Source: Octopus sinensis
Taxonomy: Eukaryota
Direction: 5' to 3'
DNA length: 64,000 nucleotides
NCBI RefSeq assembly: GCF_006345805.1
Contig: NC_042997.1
Coordinates: 33,294,001-33,358,000 of the forward strand
The position numbers and the translations under genes are program-made. Below are positions 1 through 11,186 of the stretch, piece after piece (the stretch's first letter is position 1; the number at the start of each line of letters is the position of its first letter). The notes under the pieces were generated by a model. That model ran no database searches. It worked only from the letters and a program-made list of their open reading frames with translations, and was not told where the DNA came from.

Positions 1-270
1 TTAAAAAAGAAAGACACACCTGTACACCTGTCGCTCAGTTTGATTTACGATTATTGACTGCGTTAGTAATGGATGAATCACAAATTTTTCCAGTCGTTGT
101 ACAGCTAAGATAAATTTTAAAATACCAGAAAGCTAATATAAATAAATGAATAAATAATTTCTTCAATGGCCAGTGGCTTGCTTCCTACATGTGTGAAACA
201 TTTTTATCAAATTCTTATTCCCTCCGCCTCTCATACACGCCCGCGCACACACACGCACACACATACAGTT

Positions 271-1244
271 ATTTCTTTACTGCCCACAAGGAGCTAAACA
301 TAGAGGGAGGACAAACAAAGACAGACATAGGTATTAAGTCGTTTACATCGACCCCAGTGTGTAACTGGTACTTAATTTATCGACCCCGAAAGGATGAAAG
401 CCAAAGTCGACCTCGGCGAAATTTGAACTCAGAACGTAAAGACAGATGAAATACCTATTTCTTTACTACCCACAAGGGGTTAAACATAGAGGGGACAAAC
501 AAAGACAGACAAACGGATTAAGTCGTTTACATCCACCCCAGTGCTTAACTGGTACTTAATTTACCGATCCCGAAAGGATGAAAGGCAAAGTCGACCTCGG
601 CGGAATTTGAACTCAGAACGTAAAGACAGACGAAACACCTATTTCTTTATTACCCACAAGGGGCTAAACATAGAGGGGACAAACAAGGACAGACAAACGA
701 ATTAAGTCGATTATATCGACCCCAGTGCTTAACTGGTACTTAATTTATCGACCCCGAAAGGATGAAAGGCAAAGTCGACCTCGGCGGAATTTGAACTCAG
801 AACGTAAAGACAGACGGAATACCTATTTCTATTTCTTTACTACCCACAAGGGGCTAAACACAGAGAAGACAAACAAGGACAGACAAACAGATTAAGTCGA
901 TTATATCGACCCCAGTGCGTAACTGGTACTTAATTTATCGACTCCGAAAGGATGAAAGGCAAAGTCGACCTCGGCGGAATTTGAACTCAGAATGTAAAAA
1001 CAGACGAAATACCTATTTCTTTATTACCCACAAGGGGCTAAACATAGAGGGGACAAACAAGGACAGACATAGGTATTAAGTCGATTACATCGACCCCAGT
1101 GCGTAACTGGTACTTAATTTATCGACCCCGAAAGGATGAAAGGCAAAGTCGACCTCGGCGGAATTTGAACTCAGAACGTAAAGACAGACGAAATACCGCT
1201 AGGCATTTTGCCCGGCGTGCTAACGTCTCTGCCAGCTCGCCGCC

Positions 1245-1246
<2 letters not shown>
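271..1246 (-). mobile_element. SINE-B: one tRNA-like head followed by five tandem ~184-bp body+tail units
   Basis: Units start near 271, 457, 641, 831 and 1015. A single head lies at ~1198-1246 (minus: aggcggcgagctggcag..., A-box-like). Each unit carries a B-box-like gagttcaaattcc. Confidence 0.9.
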
Positions 1247-1285
<39 letters not shown>

Positions 1286-1388
1286 ATATATTAATTGAAC
1301 TGCATTTGTTTCGGTATTGTCGAAAGACTTGCTCTATGTTTTAGGGTATCCGTTGGCGATTAATAATATTTCCTCAAATAAATTCACC

Positions 1389-1794
1389 AGGCGCAGGAGT
1401 GGCTGTGTGGTAAGTAGCTTGCTAACCAACCACATGGTTCCGGGTTCAGTCCCACTGCGTGGCATCTTGGGCAAGTGTCTTCTGCTATATCCTCGGGCCG
1501 ACCAATGCCTTGTGAGTGGATTTGGTAGACGGAAACTGAAAGAAGCCCGTCGTATATATGTATATATATATATATGTATGTGTGTGTATGTGTTTGTGTG
1601 TGTGTTTGTCCCCCTAGCATTGCTTGACAACCGATGCTGGTGTGTTTACGTCCCCGTTACTTAGCGGTTCGGCAAAGAGACCGATAGAATAAGTACTGGG
1701 CTTACAAAGAATACGTCCCGAGGTCGATTTGCTCGACTAAAGGCGGTGCTCCAGCATGGCCGCAGTCAAATGACTGAAACAAGTAAAAGAAAGA
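1389..1794 (+). mobile_element. SINE-A, full-length bipartite tRNA-derived SINE with internal (TA)n(TG)n
   Basis: A box tggctgtgtgg, B box ggttcagtccc and an internal microsatellite. The right arm ends ggcggtgctccagcatggccgcagtcaaatgactgaaacaagtaaaag. Many copies occur in the window. Confidence 0.9.
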
Positions 1795-1799
1795 TAACA

Positions 1800-2300
1800 T
1801 TATGAGACAACACTCACCGAAGAGATACACTGTACATTCATCCAGAAAGCTCCTGGTAATCTCTAAAAAACACTGATGAAGTAGGCAGCATCTCCACTTT
1901 AGACGTAGAAACTACTTACAATCCAACAATAGAAACAATAAAAATTGAATTAGATAATGTATAAAATCACCCAAGAATAAGACCCACCCCCGCTATATCA
2001 GATGACATACTCAAGAAATTCTTATTGTCCTGTACAACAGATGTTATTTTTCGCTGTCCACGAATTGTATAAGCAAAACTAGAGTACTTTTAGTTTCTCT
2101 ATTAAGGCCGTTTTCGCTGCATTCTACGTAACCTCGAGTGAAAATAAAATAGTGTGAGAACATAGCTAAACAATATGAATTATATATGTGGACGATAAGA
2201 TGGTAATAATAGATGCCGAGAAATTAAAAGAAGGCCTAGAAAACAACTCCCTACAAAAATTATCATCCAGAACAATTCAAATAGAGCTTCTAGCAATGCA
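1800..2300 (+). pseudogene. Decayed Penelope-like element reverse transcriptase fragment
   Basis: Manual translation across stops/frameshifts gives LDVE..., ETIKIELD, ILKKFLLSCTT and YVDD (tatgtggacgat ~2186), in PLE RT motif order. Confidence 0.6.
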
Positions 2301-3260
2301 ATGAAACTATTTTTTTTATAAAAACATTCAGATATGATATTATTGGTATTTCATGGCTAAAATTTACTGCACAAGTTTCATGTACCATGAAAGAGCCGGC
2401 AACAATGCGTCCTTTCCTGGTGACGACATTGAACAAATCTGTGACATGATTCTGTTTAGCACAGAAATGACTATTGATAATGGTACAAATAATATGCAAA
2501 TTGGTCCTTGCTCTACCGATAAAAAAAATCATCCACAACAGACAAAGTATTATTGAAGTTCATACAAGACAGATCCCAAATCAACTCACAAAATCACATC
2601 CATTTTCAATCCATTTTCGCTGCCAGTAGTTTCTGTAAAGATCGTGGAGGTAGAGTCTTCAGGTACCTCCTCCATAGGGTCCATAGAATCGCGCAAATAA
2701 AATCATATTGAAATCTGTCAGCGCTATGATAACGAAGATGGTACCTTGGGAAAAAAAATCTTCACTCTAACGAAACTAAAGTAAACTCCAGAGAATAGAT
2801 TAGAAATATCTAGGATTGCCCGACAGAAAAAAAAAATAGCTGAAAATTCAAACAACATTTAAAGAAAGGATGGTAGTTTGTTTGTTATCGAAAGAACTAA
2901 TACTGTGGCGTTATCATGGTTTATGCTCAACAGTAAACAGTGTTCGTTATAACAAGATTCCTTATAACAAGCTGTATCCTGCAATTCGAAATTTAGCCTC
3001 GCGGGCCATAATCGAAAGGCGTTGTATTGCTACACAAAAAGCCCGTCCTCACACTGCTACTCGTACAGTAGAAATCCTTTAGAAACTGAATTTTAAGGTA
3101 CTGCAACTTCCTTCGTATGTCCTGATTTGACACTTTTAATCTATTCGTTTCACACAAAGACTCCGTCGATTTGTCATCGGACCAAAAAGGACAAGAAGGA
3201 AGCAGTGAATAAAGAAACGTGTGCGAAGAATGGCCTAAGTGCATGTGCATATATGTCTGA

Positions 3261-3261
3261 A

Positions 3262-3292
<31 letters not shown>

Positions 3293-3398
3293 CGTATGTA
3301 TATATGTGTGTGTATACATATATATTGTATTTCTATCTATTTATCTATATCTATCTGTCTGTCTATCTCTCTCTCTTTCTCTCTTTCTCTCTCTCTCT

Positions 3399-3473
<75 letters not shown>

Positions 3474-3528
3474 CGTATGTATGTGTGTATACATATACAT
3501 TGTATTTCTATCTATCTATGTATATCTA

Positions 3529-3610
<82 letters not shown>
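3261..3610. repeat. Tandemly duplicated compound microsatellite block, period ~181 bp
   Basis: aagatgtacgtatgt at 3285 and 3466, each followed by (TCTA/TCTG)n, (TC)n and (TA)n. Confidence 0.85.
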
Positions 3611-3612
<2 letters not shown>

Positions 3613-4499
3613 GCAAACATACACACACATACGCACCAACATAAATATACGTGTACGAGTGTATGTATACATCGAATGCATACATTTATATAAATTCCCA
3701 CACACATCTATGTCTGCCATATTTACATATATACACACACTCACACACATTCGCGCGCGCACACATATTGGCTGACATTGACAATAATGATTTGAAACTA
3801 GTTGGTATTGATTTTCTTTTCTATAATGCTTAGAATACTTATTCTGTTATTATGCGTTCTGCTTTCACTTGTGAAAATATTGTTTATATCGAGGACCATC
3901 CCTGAAATATTCAGATAATGCATTTCAAGTACTTCACTATATTGCTTCAAGCAGTCGTAGAAGATTTAATCGATCAAGTTATTTCATAACGAAACTACAG
4001 GTTACTGGTTCATATCCTGTTGCCGGCAGTAACAGTCTGTGTCGAAGAAAAACTCTATTCTCTCGCCATCCTAGACTATTTCACCTCAGGCTGTTACGAA
4101 TGACTGATACAGATTGCTGCCGTGCTCTTCAGACTCTCTGAACAATTAGCGAATGTTTTATTAGCCTATTTTGATAGCAAACAGACTGGGGTGAAAGGTT
4201 AGGAGTTTAAGCTCAGTCTGTTTTACCCCAAGCCGGCACGAAAAGAAAGATTGCTGCGGTAAACTGCAAGGTTTCTGAATAATTAACGATTGTTTCATGA
4301 ACAGAACGAAATTTTAGGAGTTTAAGTTTGAGTAGTGTTCCGTTGTTTTATTTTGGTACTTTCTCACAGGAGGAGGTCATCGTCTGGAGAAAAGAAATCT
4401 TGGTTCGAAAGCTTGTAACAGGGATGATTCCCTCAAAATCGATGAAGGGTCAGATGTTTGTGTTAAAACGAGTTACGAATTAAATAATCACCAAAGAAC

Positions 4500-4660
4500 A
4501 TGAACGGTCTTTCAAGCAAGCTTCCACATGGTTACTGTCTACAAAATTCCATTCACAAGTCTTTGACTGAGCTGAGATTATAGTAGAAGATATCTCCCAA
4601 GCTGCTCCGCTGGGATATCGAACCTGAAATTGAGTAGTTACGAAATTAAACTCTTAACTG
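4500..4660 (-). mobile_element. Degenerate SINE-A left arm
   Basis: Diverged similarity to the SINE-A head (aattccattcacaagtctttg...attatagtagaagat). Confidence 0.5.
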
Positions 4661-5749
4661 ATTTGATATACTCATCCAAATGTTTTGCAGTATTTAGTTA
4701 CATTGCATTATATTTCTAATTCCAAATTCCCTGGACTCTACATTGCAACTTTGGGAAATTAATAACGTAATGAGTAATGTTCTGGAACAAATCCATCACG
4801 TATCCCTTAACACGAAATTTTTACTTTGTGCCAATGGGGGAAATATATTGCTTTCGTTTTGACTAGTTACACAAAACTACCTATTTACTGGAAGGAAAAT
4901 ATTTTAAGTTAGGATAGTTATGAATCCTCATGACTTATACGAAATAAATTAATTTTCATTACGTAGTGAGACTGTATTGAAGTTTTGTCTTTCTGGAAAC
5001 TTATCTTTTATTCGAAGGCGCTCGAGACACTATTTCAATAATACTTTTTACTCTTTATGTTTGCAAATTCCCAGGAAAGGACACAATCTATATATGAGTC
5101 TAATTAATCGGGAAACAGACAAGCCATAAAATTTCATTTGGTAAGAATCACTAGTTCGTTTCTTAGCTCTTCATAAAGTAAAGCCGTATCTGCTTCGATG
5201 TTTCTGTAATACATGATCCGTTTGGCCAATTGCACTAAATGGCTTAACAAACCGGATACAGGGTGGTAGAAACGATCGAGTGCCAGATTAATTGTCTTAT
5301 AGTATTTAGTTCCACCGTTTCCGCAACGTTATATTTTGGTTTCGAATCCTAATAAAGTAAATCATCTCTTTCATATCTCTTCTTATAAAAAGACGAATCA
5401 AGCACGATATTATGTAATGTTCAGTGGTCTAGTTTACTCCTTCTTCTACAAAAATGTGTGGCATTGTGCTAATATGAGTGCTATCATTTATTGGCAGCAT
5501 CTCAGTTTTATGTCTCGGAAAACAACACCTCAGCTTGGATGGTATCGATTTACAAAGTAGATATAATAGTAATTCAATGCTAAACATTTATCCGAATTAT
5601 ATTTAGTGTGTATCTTGTTTAGATAAATATATTCTCAACCAGTGGGGAAAAACCTAAATTTACATTTTGGAAAGAAAATATGTTTGGATTAGTAATCTAA
5701 AACTGTCTTGGAATTTTTAGATAAAAGACTCTATGTAGGGACGTATATA

Positions 5750-6170
5750 TGTATGTATGTATGGATGGATGGATGTATGGATGGATGGATGGATGGATGG
5801 ATGGACGTATGTATGTATGGATGGATGGATGGATGGATGGATGGATGGATGGATGCATGCATGCATGCATATACACACGCACACATACATGTATATATAA
5901 AAAGCCTTTGGCGAAACTTGAAATCTCATTCAATTAGAAATTTGCCATAAATTTGACATTCTGCCCTCAATGTTGTGTTACCTCCGCATGTCCGGTTAGA
6001 CTTAAGTTTTAAAATAATCTTAATGTGTGTGTGTGTACGTGTGTTTTCACGCATGTATGTATGTATGCATGTATGTATGAATGAATGTATGTATGCATGT
6101 ATGTATGAATGAATGTATGTATGCATGTATGTATGTATGTATGTATGTATGTATGTATGTATGTGTATCA
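5750..6170. repeat. (GGAT)n at ~5757-5855 and (ATGT)n at ~6050-6165
   Basis: Direct inspection. Confidence 0.95.
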
Positions 6171-6489
6171 TGCAAGCATGCACTGTGAGATACTCCCGTC
6201 ATCGACTGTCAGCTGAAGATGAGAGTGATTTCTGCATCTTCCGAGTCGATCGCCTCCGCCAACGGTGTCAAACAATAACTGAGACTTATTGAAAATCCCC
6301 AGGTTTCTTTCGTTGACACTGTGGTATACGTTTTCCCCTCTGTCATCCCTGCAGCGACACACCAAACAATGTACAGCTATAACCACTCCAACCGTGCAAT
6401 AACTTCCTTTTTTACTTTCGTTTTACTATTCGCTGAGGATTCCTTTATTGTTCTCATATTTAGTTTTTATTTCGAACACCTTTGTCATA

Positions 6490-7000
6490 TCCATGATGAA
6501 GCTAGACAAGCATTTCTCTTTTAACAATAAATATAGGAAATTATTAAACAGTCATCCCTTTAAATTAAGACATAGTTGTACAACTAGCACGAATAATATC
6601 ACATTACGCAAGTCCTCTATTACGCCTGGAAAATGCTCTTCTAGCAGAAACATTAATGCTTGCCCACTTAACGGACATTGCAACGCAAAGCTATCATATA
6701 CCAAGCACAAGTTGAGCATTTAAATGTCAAAACAAGGCAGCACAATAAACGTATATATTGGAAATGATTGAAGGAACATTACAAGTTATTACACCAAGCT
6801 ACTTAGTTTCAGGTATATACAAAGGCGTCATATGATTAAGGTTTCCATTTATATTTATATTTGGTACTTGAAACAAACAGCATCTAAATACAAGGCCATA
6901 TGGAAAATGATCCTTGAAACATCTAAGCCGTGCAGGAATGGTAGCGATAAAGCAGGATTTATAGATAGAGTGGGAAAAAATGTCTGATACAAAAATATTC
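6490..7000 (+). pseudogene. Penelope-like element C-terminal/GIY-YIG region remnant
   Basis: LDKHFSFNNKYRKLLN...SCTT, then CPLNGHC..(frameshift)IIYQAQV and a YIW/WKMIL-like end, typical of the PLE linker and endonuclease region. Confidence 0.7.
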
Positions 7001-7095
7001 AAGACTGTTAATACGATCTCATTAAAGTATGTGTGTGCGTTTATATACTTACGTAATATATATATATATGTGTGTGTGTGTGTGTATGTGTGTGT

Positions 7096-7394
7096 GGAGG
7101 CGCAATGGCCCAGTGGTTAAGGCAGCGGACTCGCGGTCGTAGGGTTGCGGTTTCGATACCCAAACCGGGTGTTGTGAGTGTTTATTGAGCGAAAACACCT
7201 AAAGCTCCACGAGGCTCCGGCAGAGGTGGTGGCGATCTCTGCTGTACTCTTTCACACAACTTTCTCTCACTCTTTCTGCTGTTGACCTGCTCGCTTAGCC
7301 AGCGGGATGGCGTCATTTGAAGGCTAAAACAATGCGAAGCGCATTGTGACCAGCGATGTGCAGCAACATCTGATAGCCTGGTCGGTCACAATGA
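7096..7394 (+). mobile_element. tRNA-Arg-like SINE, tail variant 1 (probably octopus OR1/OR2 type)
   Basis: Head ggcgcaatggcccagtggttaaggcagcggactcgcggtc with a TCG anticodon-like loop and B box ggtttcgatacc. Head and centre are shared with 55659-56045. Confidence 0.8.
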
Positions 7395-7396
7395 GA

Positions 7397-8215
7397 CATT
7401 GTTGTTGCGTAAATACTGACAACGGTAAGAAACCTACCTTTTGTCAGTTTTATATGGCATGACATGGTTCGTTCAGATATACCACATGGAAATTCTGCAA
7501 TGGATGATACAAATGAATTTTTGAAAGCAAACCTGAACCCAGATTCTCTACCCTGTTCTTCAGGTAGGCCTCTTCATCAGATAGTATATCCATAGGTAGG
7601 TTCATTTACTTGACCCTCATCAGAGAAATGAGTTTCAGAGAGCGCAGCTATATCAAGGGAATATTTCTTAAGCTTACCTGCAATAAGTGGAATATACTTT
7701 TCTGGCCTCTTGTTGAAATTATCATCAAGAAGTATGCGCACATTCCAACAGCCACAATTCAGAAGATGTTTATTTTTACTTTTTCTTGAAGATTGTTTGA
7801 CCACAGTGGCAGGATGACGACCGGGACCGGCCTGTGACACCCTGGGACACCTGCCGAGCCAGACCTTTTACTCTGACGTTCTCAAGACTTTTTTTGTCAT
7901 TTACTGAATCTGTTTGAGATATTTTAGAGTAAGTTACAAGTGCATTTTTAGGTTTCTTACAGCCAACCAATCAATTCAATGATTTTACTCAGAATTGGTG
8001 TACAAGAGGTACCTGTGCAGATGAACAATTTTCAGTGGGTGTAGCTTGCACTGCCCTACCCTCACCTATTGGTCCAAGAAGACTTTCGCCAGTGTGACGT
8101 GAAAATTGAAAAAAACCAGGAACTTCTAAGGCCTTATGTTTTATTTTTGAGATTTCCTTCTCCTAGGTAGATTACCAACCAAGGTTAAAAGAGCTTCTAC
8201 CTGCCCATGAGGTAA
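7397..8215 (-). mobile_element. RTE-clade LINE 5' fragment (5' UTR and start of AP endonuclease), dead
   Basis: CWNVRILLD...RPEK...LDIAALSETHFSDEGQV..GYTI, then after stops RESGFRFAFK...GISER..LTVVSIYA. Confidence 0.85.
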
Positions 8216-8576
8216 GCTATCCCATTCCAGGCACCAAACCGACACTCAAACGCTCTATAAAGTGAACAAATATCATTCCGGTGTCCGACACGGAGTAGCT
8301 CATTCATACATAACAAAAAGTAAGACGTCATTTAAAAACATAAATAAGATTTAAATATAAATAATATATATATATATTTACACATATTTGTTGGCTGACC
8401 GTTGACTCCTCATGAGTTCCTCCGCCCTTTGACGAGTCTTATTTTTCATTCCGCAGTGTGACCAACAATCACCCTCCACACCAAGCAAGCCTAATGGGGT
8501 TGCCAGTTTAGTCTCTAACGACACGACCATGCAACACTTGTACTGGATTACATGTTATCAGTACTACACAAGAGTG

Positions 8577-8617
<41 letters not shown>

Positions 8618-8630
8618 GTACTCATATATA

Positions 8631-8785
8631 TACGACAGGCATCTTTCAGTTTCCGCCTGCCAAATCCATTCACAGGGTTTTGGTTATGAGGCTACAGCAA
8701 AAGACACTTCTCCAAGATGCTACGCAGAGGGACTGAACCCAGAACCATGTGGTTTGGAAGCAAGCTTTCTACCACGCCTGCGCCT
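8631..8785 (-). mobile_element. SINE-A left arm only
   Basis: Head and domain end in a microsatellite with no right arm. Confidence 0.8.
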
Positions 8786-8810
8786 ATATACACACACACA
8801 CACACACACA

Positions 8811-8913
<103 letters not shown>

Positions 8914-9565
8914 GAGGCAGACAGGCAGATTTGCATGCATATATGTGTCTATATAAGTATGTATGTAATGAAGTGGGTTTTTTTGTGCATAATATATCGC
9001 AAATGTGAGAACATTTTTTTTTTTTATTCTCACCTCGGCATTTCTCTCTTGATACAATTTCAGAATCATTCATCTTGTTCTATTTGTGTGAACCTTCAGA
9101 AAAAATATATCAACTCTTTTCTCAATTCCATCTATTTAAAAATATATTCTAACACATAAATCTTCGAAATTTTCGTGTCTTAGTTGCTTTTTATCTTGTT
9201 TTTTTTTTTATACGGAATGTTTGCTTAAATTGTATACAAGTGCCTATGGGACAATACCTTAACGTTTTCGTGTCGCCTCTCTGCTTGATTCTTCAAAATG
9301 GAATATCCCAGGATGAAGATAATCATAAAAGTGCGAATATCTGAAAAGAATAGTTACTTTGTTGTTATTGCTCTTGCTGCTACTGTTGCTGCTGCCACTG
9401 GTTTTTGTTGCTGCTGCTGCTGCTTTTGTATAATTTTGATCAGATTTGATTTGAGCTGATTCTATGTCTTCATAGCGATATTTAACTTAATATTTTGTAG
9501 AAGCAAATTTAAATGTCCAGCCACCGTGAATATACATCGAGAATACTCACATCGTGTCAGTTAGA

Positions 9566-9910
9566 TCAGTCGTTAGATTGCAGCCATGCCGGAGCACCGT
9601 CTTGAAGATCTTTTAGTCGAATGAACCAACCCGAGTACTTTTTAATGTTTTAAGCCGGGTACTTATTTTATTTATTCTAACGCTACGGGGATGTAAACAC
9701 ACTAACACTGGTTTCCAAGCAGTCATGGGGAACAAACACACACACACACACACACACAACACACATACAGTTTCCGTCTACCAAATCCACTAAGAAGGCT
9801 TTGGTTGATTCGAGGCTAAAATAGAAAACACTTGTCCAACGTGCCATGCAGTGGGACTGAACCCGGAATCATGTAGTTGGTAAAACAAGCTTCTTACCAC
9901 ACAGTCATGC
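9566..9910 (-). mobile_element. Diverged SINE-A copy
   Basis: Both arms recognisable, separated by (CA)n. Confidence 0.75.
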
Positions 9911-10177
9911 TTCGTTATTTAATCAAAGTTGTAGCAATATACTACCTGCTTTTACAATGGACATGCTACCTTATACTGAGATTTAAGTCTCAGACTGTAA
10001 AGAGATTATAGACCGAAATTTGATTCCTTTATTAGATTAGGTTGAGCAAACTATATAGAATAATTTAATTTTAAAATAAATTTTGAAAAAAAAAAGCATT
10101 AGTGAGACTGCTAAATTTCAAATTTTAGATAATTTTTAATAATATTTCTATAAAAACATAACAATGACTGCATAGTT

Positions 10178-10330
10178 GCAGGAGTGGGTGTGTGGTAAGT
10201 AGCTTGCTAACCAACCACATGGTTCTGGGTTCAGTCTTGGGCAAGTGTCTTCTGCTATAACCCCGGGCCGACCAAAGCCTTGTGAGTGGATTTGGTAGAC
10301 GGAAACTGAAAGAAGCCTGTCGTGTATATG

Positions 10331-10363
<33 letters not shown>

Positions 10364-10570
10364 TTGTGTTTGTCCCTCTAGCATTACTTGATAACCGATG
10401 CTGGTGTGTTTACGTCCCCGTAACTTAGCGGTTCGGCAAAAAGAGACCGATAGAATAAGTACTGGGCTTACAAAGAATAAGTCCCGGGGTCGATTTGCTC
10501 GACTAAAGGCGGTGCTCCAGCATGGCCGCAGTAAAATGACTGAAACAAGTAAAAGGAAAGAAAAAAGAAG
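10178..10570 (+). mobile_element. SINE-A copy with a small deletion after the B box
   Basis: Near-identical to 1389-1794. Confidence 0.9.
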
Positions 10571-10786
10571 AAATAGTTCTCGTGTTTTATTTTATGCTAT
10601 TTCATTTAAAACCGTAGCAATGTGGCAGGAAGAGCTAGAACACCGATCTAAATACTTTAGAAAAATTCACTTTCACCATTCGACATTTTATCTCCAAATG
10701 CCACTGAGAAGGACTTTGCTACTCACCTGCTTGATGTCAATAAAATACAGAACATTTCTAAATTGTACTCAATTCATCCAGTGAAA

Positions 10787-11186
10787 TCTTTATATATAAA
10801 AGAGAGGTTGTATGCTGTCTGTCTCCTACGATTTAGATTCCTAACTACTCCCGCATTTTGCGGTGCAGTTTAACCAAAACCGGGTATCTTATAGTCGTGA
10901 TTCATATCAAGCCCTTCTGGGTATTAGCGCGCGTCTACGATGAGTCTACGATTAAAAAAAAAATTTACCATCATATTTTTCCCATTTTTAATGCATTTTT
11001 GGCATATATAAGGGAAGTAACTCTCTAAAAATTTATTATTAAATCACAGGACGTAAAAAGCTACAGTAACACCCCCCCCCCTTTGTGGTTAGCCATATTG
11101 AGATGGCTATTATACTTTACATCTCTAAAAATGCTTATATAGTTATTTCCCTTACAAACCCGAGCAACGCCGGGCGATACTGCTAG
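10787..11186 (+). mobile_element. Complete 400-bp non-autonomous Helitron
   Basis: Starts A|TCTTTATATATAAAAG and ends with hairpin cccg-agcaacgc-cggg then CTAG|T. Inserted between A and T with no TSD. Confidence 0.85.

Noticed and set aside
271-1246. CRISPR-like or coding reading of the regular array
   Set aside because: Whole units repeat with no unique spacers, the context is eukaryotic, and the ORFs are antisense SINE sequence.
1872-1915. ctgatga...gaaac
   Set aside because: No stem II pairing, and it lies in PLE RT coding remnant.
5255-5300. tacagggtgg Tc1-like TIR start
   Set aside because: No matching inverted partner.
7096-7175. Functional tRNA-Arg gene
   Set aside because: No proper acceptor stem, and it continues into a SINE body.
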